A stretch of 64,000 bases of DNA from positions 84,839 through 148,838 of the forward strand of contig JBFGLM010000003.1 of assembly GCA_041576165.1 (NCBI GenBank), in the 5' to 3' direction. This document shows, one piece after another, positions 56,810 through 64,000 of the stretch; position 1 is the stretch's first letter, and every line of letters begins with the position of its first letter. The notes under the pieces are model-generated. The model did not search any database. It saw only the letters and a program-made list of their open reading frames with translations, and was not told the origin of the DNA. The stretch comes from Acidimicrobiia bacterium (GTDB taxonomy: Bacteria > Actinomycetota > Acidimicrobiia > Spongiisociales > Spongiisociaceae). Position numbers and translations under genes: made by a program.

Positions 56810-57616
56810 TCAGCTGGTCCGGCGTGACCGATACGTGAGCATCAGCCCACCCAGTCCGAGCAAGGCAGAACCGGTGAGCGCCATGCCGGCGACGGGCAGC
56901 CCGGTCAGGGGAAGATCACCCGACGGCCGTTCTACCTGCCGGGGCTTGACCCCGATCGTCGGCTTCGTGGTCGTCTCCGGAGCTTTCGTCGTAGACGTCA
57001 CCTGGCTGGTGGGCGCCACCTTGGTGGTCGTCGTGGTCGTCGCCTTGGTCGTCGGCGCGACTGTGGTGGTCGTGGTCGCCTTGGTCGTCGGGGCGACTGT
57101 GGTGGTCGTGGTCGCCTTGGTCGGGGCGACTGTGGTGGTCGTGGTCGCCTTGGTCGTCGGGGCGACTTTGGTGGTCGTGGTCGCCTTGGTCGGGGCGACT
57201 TTGGTCGTCGTCGTTACCTTGGTCGGGGCGACTTTCGTCGTCGTCGTGACCTTGCTGGTCGTCGTTGTCGAGTGCTGCGGGCAATGGCATGCCTTCACCC
57301 CGCGCAGTCCCGTTCCAGTCCACGACCCCGATGCGCCATAGATGGTCTCCATGCCGGCGTCGGACCGGAAGTGAACGCGGAAATGGGAGGGATCGGCACC
57401 GCTCGCCGACCATGTCACACCCTCATCGCTCCAGCTGAACGACGTGCTGGCTCCGTTCACGTCCAGCTCAGTCGTCCCCACCGGTACCTTGACGCACATC
57501 GTGGCCGTGGACGGAGCGTGCTCCGTGGCCAGTACCGGCTGTGTGAAGGCGATTATCAACAACACCAACGAACCCGCAAAAAGGGCTCGAGGGCCTGCAC
57601 CTGAGATACGCATCAT
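56810..57616 (-). CDS. Secreted Thr-rich protein with an LPXTG sorting signal
   Basis: Signal peptide; TTTT(K/T)VAPT(T)KA repeats; LPLTG followed by a hydrophobic segment and RSRR. Confidence 0.8.
   Translation of the reverse strand: MMRISGAGPRALFAGSLVLLIIAFTQPVLATEHAPSTATMCVKVPVGTTELDVNGASTSFSWSDEGVTWSASGADPSHFRVHFRSDAGMETIYGASGSWTGTGLRGVKACHCPQHSTTTTSKVTTTTKVAPTKVTTTTKVAPTKATTTTKVAPTTKATTTTTVAPTKATTTTTVAPTTKATTTTTVAPTTKATTTTTTKVAPTSQVTSTTKAPETTTKPTIGVKPRQVERPSGDLPLTGLPVAGMALTGSALLGLGGLMLTYRSRRTS
57010..57268. repeat. Coding tandem repeat, about 7 imperfect 33-39 nt units
   Basis: Recurrent ttggtcg(tcg)gggcgact(g/t)tggtggtcgtggtcgcc. Confidence 0.9.
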
Positions 57617-57703
57617 CCTCCTGGTCTTTCGTTGACGGTGTTCCCATACGCACCGTCGGCCACCGATCGCTAGTGAGATCGGGTTGCAAAAAATCTGATA
57701 CTT

Positions 57704-57739
57704 ACTTAGCGCTCATTAAGTGCCTAACGTATGTTAAGT
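57704..57739. promoter_or_regulatory. Two abutting 18-bp imperfect palindromes, putative TetR operators
   Basis: ACTTAGCGCTCATTAAGT and GCCTAACGTATGTTAAGT overlap the TAAGTT -10 of the leaderless TetR gene. Confidence 0.7.
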
Positions 57740-57747
57740 TATCGTGG

Positions 57748-58374
57748 ATGTCAACCACTGTCTATAGGTCTTCGGACCCGAGTCAGGCGGACTCGAGCGT
57801 TTCCGACACCCGCCGGCGGATTGTGGAAGTGGCGCTGAAGCATTTCGAAGCCAGCGGGTATGAGGCTGCGACAGTGCGCGCCATCGCGGAGGAGCTGGGC
57901 GTCACCACCCCCGCCCTCTACTACCACTTTGCGAACAAAGACGCGATCCTCGAAGCGGCCGTTTCCCCCTATCTCGAAGAGGTCGCCGCCATGCTCAGCG
58001 CATCGGAGCAAGATGCCGATCCCGGCTCGCTGCTGAGTGTGTACGCCGGCATCCTGAACCGGCACCGCCCCATCGCTCGATTCTTGTATCGCGACTTGTC
58101 CGCCTCGAAGCATCACCTCATAAAGGACTTGGCGGAGGCGCAGCTGACCGAGATCCGGCGCCGATTGTCGAGCGGCTCAGAAGAGCTTGGAATGCGGATA
58201 CGGGTTGCAGCGGCGCTGGGTGCGCTCCGGCGCCCATTTGTGTGGCTGGACGATGACGTCGAACCATACCTCGACGAGCTCGTGGCCATCGCGGCCGGAA
58301 TCCTCGCGGCCTCTCCTGCTCCGGCTCGGAAGAAGGCGCAGGCCGGGCGCTCTCCAAGCGAACCGGCACAATAG
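57748..58374 (+). CDS. TetR/AcrR family regulator
   Basis: GYEAATVRAIAEELGVTTPALYYHFANK. Confidence 0.93.
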   Translation: MSTTVYRSSDPSQADSSVSDTRRRIVEVALKHFEASGYEAATVRAIAEELGVTTPALYYHFANKDAILEAAVSPYLEEVAAMLSASEQDADPGSLLSVYAGILNRHRPIARFLYRDLSASKHHLIKDLAEAQLTEIRRRLSSGSEELGMRIRVAAALGALRRPFVWLDDDVEPYLDELVAIAAGILAASPAPARKKAQAGRSPSEPAQ

Positions 58375-58480
58375 GTCAGTTGTCTGCCGCCTCCGTCATG
58401 TTCTGCCGGGCCCGAGGTGCCACCCTTGCGGGCGTGCCGGAAGGCGGCGCGAGAGGGGAGTCATCCTGCGGGTTCGCAAC

Positions 58481-58765
58481 GTGATCTGGTTGGTCCTGGT
58501 CCTGACGCTGATGACAGCACCGATTGCGAGCGCTCGGAGCGCAACCGAACGCCCGGGTGAGGCACCTACGTTGTCTCTATCCGAGCCGGTCATGGAGATG
58601 TCGTCGCTGGCGGTCGTGCGGGACGTGCGCCCCGATCGGGTCACCTATACCGTCACGCACCACGGCGCCCGTCCGATCCGCTTCGAAGTCGACGACGCCA
58701 CCAACGGTTGCCACTTCGTCATCGCTTCGTTGTTGGGACGCGAGATTCGCCATTGCGCCAGCTGA
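58481..58765 (+). CDS. Small hypothetical secreted protein
   Basis: Signal-peptide-like VIWLVLVLTLMTAPIASA; start uncertain. Confidence 0.4.
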   Translation: MIWLVLVLTLMTAPIASARSATERPGEAPTLSLSEPVMEMSSLAVVRDVRPDRVTYTVTHHGARPIRFEVDDATNGCHFVIASLLGREIRHCAS

Positions 58766-58774
58766 CGCGTCCCT

Positions 58775-59251
58775 TCATGCCTGGTAGCGCTTGAATGCGT
58801 CTTCGATGATGACGATTGCATCCTCGATCGACCGCCACCCCAATGTGGCGGTTTTCTTGTCTTCCAGGTCCTTGTAGACGGCGAAGAAATGCTCCAGTTC
58901 CCGGAGCAGGTGGTCTGGAACACTCGACAGGTCCGGCGTGTCTCTCCAGAGCGGATCACCCACCGGCACACCTAGGATCTTGTGGTCGGCCGACCCCTGG
59001 TCTTCCATCAGAAAAACACCGAGGGGACGGATCCGGATCCGGCATCCTGGGAACGTCGGCTCGCTGACCAGCGCGAGCGCGTCCAGCGGGTCGCCATCTT
59101 CGGCGAGGCTGTCCGGAATGAACCCGTAGTCGGCCGGATAGCGTGTCGCAGTGAACAGCATCCGATCGAGGAAGATCTCGCCGGTAGCGTGGTCGACCTC
59201 GTATTTGTTGCGGCTACCTTTCGGGATCTCAACCACCATCGTTACCAGCAT
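58775..59251 (-). CDS. ppa: Family I inorganic pyrophosphatase
   Basis: EIPKGSRNKYE, YPADYG, DGDPLD and HFFAVYKDLE motifs. Confidence 0.96.
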   Translation of the reverse strand: MLVTMVVEIPKGSRNKYEVDHATGEIFLDRMLFTATRYPADYGFIPDSLAEDGDPLDALALVSEPTFPGCRIRIRPLGVFLMEDQGSADHKILGVPVGDPLWRDTPDLSSVPDHLLRELEHFFAVYKDLEDKKTATLGWRSIEDAIVIIEDAFKRYQA

Positions 59252-59399
59252 GAGCGGACTGTACCGCCGCCGCGCAGGGTTGAAGGCAAGATGACGCCCG
59301 GCCAGGATCGGGATGGCGCATCTCCGCCAAGGTCGGCAGGTCCGCCCCCCAATCATCTCTCGATAATCGAGTTGAGCCCTGAGCGAGGTGGCTTTGTCG

Positions 59400-60365
59400 A
59401 TGACCGCGCCGACGCGCCCCGCCCCGCAACCCGGTGCGCGCCCTGGTTTGGCCGCCCGGTTGTGGCGCGCCGGCGCGCTCACCGTCGGTTTCCTGTTGCT
59501 GGCGGTCGGAACCGGGGCCGACCTGGAGGGGCTCTCGGCTGCAATAGCGCAGGGGTCGGGAGCGATGAACCGTGTCGGCGGCGATATCGCGATACCGGCG
59601 AGCGACGCCCGCCGCGAGGATGCCGGCTGCCTCCCGGAACGGGCTCCTCCGGGGGCATGGATGCAGCTGCCCGATGGTCACGGAGGAGCGATCTATCAGC
59701 TGGCTCAGCCGGATCCTGCCACCAGCCCTGAGCACATCTGGTGGGATCGAGCGGACGGTCCTGGCGGTGTGCTGGTGGAAGCAGACACCGACTCGGCTGT
59801 TCGTCCCTATGCATCCGCGGCCGACGGGGACGAGGCCGCGTTGTGGTTCACCACCCGGGAGCGCGGAGTGGGCGCAACCGATGACGTTGTGTCGCTCTAC
59901 CGCCTTGATCTCCGGTCCGGCCGTCGAGACCTCATAGTTCACGGCATCGGCGGCTTCGAGGTGGAGCCCTTGGCGGTGAGTGTCTCCCCGGGCGGACTGC
60001 TCGTCAGCAACGCAGACTCCACCGGATCCTGGTTTGAGCTCTATGACAGCTTCGGCGATCCCATCGATTGGCCGGCCAACCCGCATCCGGTTGACGACTA
60101 CACCCACAAGACCGTGTATGGAGCGTTGAGCCCGGACGGCGGGACCATCGCCTCCATCGAGGCAGTGGCGGATGAGCCGTGGAGCCTGGTGATCCGGGCG
60201 CGCGACACCGCTGAGGTCCTCAGCACTGACCCGGATGTCTTGCCCGAGCTGCGTCGTGTCATGTGGGTCGCGACGGCGGCGAGCGGGTTCGAGTTTGCAG
60301 CCGAGACCGAGGTCGGCGCCTTCGTGTGCGTAAACGTTCCTTGGGATTTCGGCCCCGTCCGGTGA
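59400..60365 (+). CDS. Hypothetical membrane-anchored or secreted protein, possibly beta-propeller-like
   Basis: N-terminal hydrophobic segment; LYRLDL and ALSPDG motifs; fills the gap between genes. Confidence 0.55.
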   Translation: MTAPTRPAPQPGARPGLAARLWRAGALTVGFLLLAVGTGADLEGLSAAIAQGSGAMNRVGGDIAIPASDARREDAGCLPERAPPGAWMQLPDGHGGAIYQLAQPDPATSPEHIWWDRADGPGGVLVEADTDSAVRPYASAADGDEAALWFTTRERGVGATDDVVSLYRLDLRSGRRDLIVHGIGGFEVEPLAVSVSPGGLLVSNADSTGSWFELYDSFGDPIDWPANPHPVDDYTHKTVYGALSPDGGTIASIEAVADEPWSLVIRARDTAEVLSTDPDVLPELRRVMWVATAASGFEFAAETEVGAFVCVNVPWDFGPVR

Positions 60366-60423
60366 GAGGCCGGACATCACGTCCGGACGTTGCGCAACGC
60401 CCCTGGGTTCCCGTAGCTGGGCG

Positions 60424-61359
60424 TCATGTACGGGTGTCGGAATGGCGGGTCGGTTCAACGCCGTTTCCCTGCGACAAGGCGATGGGTCCGTGGAGGTAGG
60501 TGCGGACGGTCGGGTAGGCCAGGTCCACGCCGGCCTCGGCGTCGAACTGCTCTAGAACGTCGGTCCAGATCGCTTGCTCAACGTCGCGTTTCGTGCGGGG
60601 ATCCACCAGCAGTCGAGCGGTGAGCAACACACCGCTGTCCCGCACCGACAGGTACACCGTGGGTGTCAGGGCTCCCACCTTGATGTGATAACTACGCGCA
60701 GTCTCGCGGATCCGGTTGCCGGCGGAGCGTTCCACGTCTGGTGCCCGGTCCCGCAACGTGTTCTTGATGATTTGGATGGCTCGTCCGCGGTCCGACTCGA
60801 AGGTGATCAGGACGGGGATCTCGTGCCAGATGTACTCGAAGCCCTCGGTGTAATTGGCGACCTGGTTGGTGAATAGGATCCCGTTGGGTATGTGCACCAG
60901 CCGGCCGGTGGACTGATCCGCATCAACCCAGTTGCCGATCTCCATCAGCGAGAAACGGAACAGCCGGATGTCCACGACATCGCCCCTCGTGCCGTCGACT
61001 TCGATCCGATCGCTCACCCGGAACGGCCGGCGGCTCATGATGTAGAGCCAGCCCGCCAGGTTCTTCAAGACGTCGGACAGGGCAATGGCGACACCTGCAG
61101 ATATCAGGCCGAGGAAGGTTGGCAGGTCGTTGAATGCATCGATCCAGATCCACGCCAGGATCGCCAGGATGATCACTGATGCGGTGTAATTGGCAACCTT
61201 GCTGGCTCGGTAACTCACCCACGCTTCCTCGAACCGTTTGTCCATCGTGCGCAGGATCAGCCAGCGGGCGACGACGATGACGGAGATTGCGAGCACCGAC
61301 GCAATCAGCTTGCCTTCCGTGGCCGGTGAGATGCCGAGCGCCTCAGAGAGGAAGGTCAT
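60424..61359 (-). CDS. MscS family mechanosensitive channel
   Basis: Three TM segments; RPFRVSDRIEV..RGDVVDI, IPN and LAYPT motifs; start 61359-61371. Confidence 0.9.
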   Translation of the reverse strand: MTFLSEALGISPATEGKLIASVLAISVIVVARWLILRTMDKRFEEAWVSYRASKVANYTASVIILAILAWIWIDAFNDLPTFLGLISAGVAIALSDVLKNLAGWLYIMSRRPFRVSDRIEVDGTRGDVVDIRLFRFSLMEIGNWVDADQSTGRLVHIPNGILFTNQVANYTEGFEYIWHEIPVLITFESDRGRAIQIIKNTLRDRAPDVERSAGNRIRETARSYHIKVGALTPTVYLSVRDSGVLLTARLLVDPRTKRDVEQAIWTDVLEQFDAEAGVDLAYPTVRTYLHGPIALSQGNGVEPTRHSDTRT

Positions 61360-61666
61360 CGCATTACTCAATCGAGTCTGACGACCCGCTGAGGCGCGCG
61401 GGGCGAGGTTGACGTTTCAACATGGACGGTACTCCTTGTGGCCGTGACGGCCGGGCCACTCGCCGAAGCCGGGGTGAGATGATCGTTGGTGTTGGTCGAG
61501 GTCGTGCGGAGTCTCCTCGAGTCGACGCGGCTCTTCCGCGGCGATGTCGCCGGTTGCCGGTTCGACCACGATCGTACCGGACCACTTGCCGTGTACCACT
61601 TACGAAATAGAGGCGTCCACCTACGTGCGTAGCCGCATGGTCGCCCCGGCGGTGTGGCTATCGCTC

Positions 61667-63526
61667 TCAGGGGCTGATTTCCACCGTGAGCACGACGCGT
61701 CCCACCAAGACTCCGAGTTCGTACCAGCTGACTTCCACCTCGAGTGGTCCGACCAGATTCGATGGGAACTGGAACGAGTGATCCTTGCGGGCGACGTCGG
61801 ACTGATCAACGATCAAAGTCTCGACTGACGCCAGCGGATCGCCGCCATTGACCCGGAACTCGGTCCGCGTGCCCGCATCCAGGAGTTGATTCCGTTCGGT
61901 CGGGCTGGCTGAGGACCATCCGGCGAGTTCCGCTCCTTCCTTGATGTGGAATTCGGCGTCGGCTGATATCGACCGGTTGGCCGCGCACTGAAGTGGATCG
62001 GCGCACGCGTCGAGGGCGGACTGTGCGTCGAGTGCTTCGCCGTTCGTGGTGGTTGGTCGGGGCTTCGGCTGGAGAAGGAGCAGGTCGAGCGCCCGGGCCA
62101 GGAAGCTGGCCATCTGGGCCCGGGTGACGCCGTCGGCGGGGCAGTACTGACCGACCGCACATCCGACCGTGATCCCGGCCTCGGCGACGCGGTTGATAGC
62201 GTCTTCGTGGGTGTTGCCGTTGTCGTCGGTGAAATAGTCGCTGCTCGCCGGGGGCAGAGACAGCGCCCGGCTGAGAAAACTCGCCATCTGGGCGCGGATG
62301 ACGAATCGCTGCGGGCAGTACACGATGCCTTGGCTATCGCAACCGAAGGTGATGCTCGCCAGGCGGATGGCTTCGATGGCGGCTTCGTGGGTGTCGCCGT
62401 CGTCGTCCAGCACCGACCCGCCCGGGCCGCATGCCGGCACCGTGGCACCAGGATTGGCCACGGGCGGCGGAGCTGCCGGTGCGGCGATGTCGAGCGACAG
62501 CTCGGCCAGGTAGCCGTCGTTCTCGAGCGGATCAGCCGAATTGTCTACCCCTCGATCCGTCACGAACATGTTCCACCCGCTACCGGATGTGGCCGGGGCC
62601 AGCACGATGCCGGATGAGCGTTTCAACCCTGCCGCCGTGATTGTGATGAGCCGGACCAACACGCCGGTTCGGGAGAACTCATAGACCAGGTTGCCGTCGA
62701 CCACGAGAAGGTTGCCGTTCAGCCCGTCGTAGGCGATGCCCTCGGGCCCGATCGCTCCGACTTCCCCCACGTCGAAGGATGAGACGACATCGTCAGCACC
62801 GTCATATATCGCGTCGGTGCCGGGGGAGACTCGGAACACTGCGTCGTGGGTGCCATCGACCAGATACAGATCGCCGGTCACAGGGTCCACTGCGATGCCT
62901 TCTGGATCGGTCGACCCAAAGCAGGCGGTTCCGAATGAGGTGACGGTGTCGTCCGGCGTGCCGAATCGTCCATCCGGGCCCGGGACGATCATGTGCACCC
63001 GCTTGGCCGCGTCATCCGCAACGTACAAGACTCCGCTGGAGCTGTCGTGGGTCACGCCCGACGGCTCTGACGAGTAGGGCTCGGTGACCCCCGTGTCGCT
63101 GAGCGCGCCGGCCCTGGTCATCGTGTACAGGTTGACGTCCTGAAACAGCGCTACTTCGTCCACCTCCGAATCGGATACCAGCAGACGATCGGAGTCGGAG
63201 ATGAACGTGATGCCGGTCGGATCGGGGCTGGGTGGATCGATCGACCACAACGGCGATATCGCCACCAGTGACGCATCGACGGTCGGGACTCCGAGAGGAA
63301 CCGCCGGCGATTGCTCGTCCTCCGCCACCGCATGGTCATCTGCAGCCAATGGCACGGGCGGCGCGACCAGTGCGATCAGCAGCGCGGCAATCGCCAGGAC
63401 GCCCCTTGGATACCCCTGGGCAAAGGGTCTTGTCGTCCGACCCGCCGAGCCATCCGGGCAAATCCGCCGGAGACTTCCCCCGGCCGCCCCTTTCGTTCTG
63501 GTGCCGCCGGGGCTCTGAGGAGACAT
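61667..63526 (-). CDS. Secreted surface protein: beta-propeller (DPEGIA-type repeats) plus SLH-like repeats
   Basis: DPTGIT/EPSGVT/DPEGIA/GPEGIA blades; two DD.G.THE.AI...AGIT.GC...YCP...RAQMASFL units; start uncertain. Confidence 0.8.
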   Translation of the reverse strand: MSPQSPGGTRTKGAAGGSLRRICPDGSAGRTTRPFAQGYPRGVLAIAALLIALVAPPVPLAADDHAVAEDEQSPAVPLGVPTVDASLVAISPLWSIDPPSPDPTGITFISDSDRLLVSDSEVDEVALFQDVNLYTMTRAGALSDTGVTEPYSSEPSGVTHDSSSGVLYVADDAAKRVHMIVPGPDGRFGTPDDTVTSFGTACFGSTDPEGIAVDPVTGDLYLVDGTHDAVFRVSPGTDAIYDGADDVVSSFDVGEVGAIGPEGIAYDGLNGNLLVVDGNLVYEFSRTGVLVRLITITAAGLKRSSGIVLAPATSGSGWNMFVTDRGVDNSADPLENDGYLAELSLDIAAPAAPPPVANPGATVPACGPGGSVLDDDGDTHEAAIEAIRLASITFGCDSQGIVYCPQRFVIRAQMASFLSRALSLPPASSDYFTDDNGNTHEDAINRVAEAGITVGCAVGQYCPADGVTRAQMASFLARALDLLLLQPKPRPTTTNGEALDAQSALDACADPLQCAANRSISADAEFHIKEGAELAGWSSASPTERNQLLDAGTRTEFRVNGGDPLASVETLIVDQSDVARKDHSFQFPSNLVGPLEVEVSWYELGVLVGRVVLTVEISP

Positions 63527-63535
63527 CGAACCCGC

Positions 63536-64000
63536 TCAGCTCGAGATGTGGACGCCGTCCATGTCCAACGCCGGGTCGATTCCCAATGCGGACGTGTCGA
63601 GTTCGAGGCTGGTGACGCCGGATGTCGTGGCGCCGAACGTGCCGGCAAAACGGGCTGCATCTTCGTCGTTGACCGTATCGGCACCTGCGCTGACGGCGCC
63701 TCGAGCCGAGAACACGAGGTCCACGTCGTTGTCGAACGAGACTGCGTTCAGATCGGCTGAGCCGATCGAGACGTCACTCCCGTCAAAGTAGAGCGAGAAG
63801 GAGCCTGACGTGTTCGAACCGTATGAGCCGGTGACTCTGTGTACGTCCTCGTCGGCGCCCGTGGCTCCGCCGGCCGCGATATTGCCGCGCGTCGACACAC
63901 CCAGGGTTCCATCGGCAAACTCGTGGAGTCCGTCGATGTCCTCGCTCGCCGTATCGAGACCCACGTCGCTTCCGTCGAAGTAGAACGAGAAGCTGCCCGC
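63536..64000 (-). CDS. C-terminal part of a repeat-containing extracellular protein; begins beyond the right edge
   Basis: Frame is open to 64000; repeated FS.YFDGSDV...(E/A)D(I/L)(D/N) units. Confidence 0.7.
   Translation of the reverse strand, partial: AGSFSFYFDGSDVGLDTASEDIDGLHEFADGTLGVSTRGNIAAGGATGADEDVHRVTGSYGSNTSGSFSLYFDGSDVSIGSADLNAVSFDNDVDLVFSARGAVSAGADTVNDEDAARFAGTFGATTSGVTSLELDTSALGIDPALDMDGVHISS

Noticed and set aside
57010-57268. CRISPR-like array
   Set aside because: There are no unique spacers and no cas genes. The units are multiples of 3 and encode a Thr-rich linker.
61372-61666. Short ORFs between mscS and the SLH-like gene
   Set aside because: No motifs or clear translation signals.

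Overview
High-GC bacterial DNA, probably Actinomycetota class Acidimicrobiia (inferred from many leaderless genes, a mycothiol-dependent isomerase family gene, a RafH-like protein, an LPXTG protein and SLH-like repeats). Bases 1-42.6 kb are a dense small-molecule catabolic island rich in C-N hydrolases and redox enzymes. It encodes a Mo-hydroxylase large subunit, a Rieske oxygenase, a BMP-type ABC importer, an isochorismatase, a nitrilase, two cyclases, two M24 enzymes, a cyclic amidohydrolase, an ACMSD-like enzyme, a PEP-utilising enzyme and two single-chain triple-Rid proteins. About six copies of a TGCATCnTATAnGATC motif sit at promoters across 21-42.6 kb, around a GntR gene. A peroxiredoxin-like/DsbD-N fusion has an in-frame TGA in a UxxC motif followed by a SECIS-like hairpin, so it is a probable selenoprotein. 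Bases 42.6-64 kb hold cinA, a phosphatase, a glycosyltransferase/sulfotransferase cluster, a betaine-type ABC transporter, regulators, ppa, mscS and surface proteins. No rRNA, tRNA, CRISPR array or mobile element was recognised. All calls come from motif recognition by eye; no database search was run.
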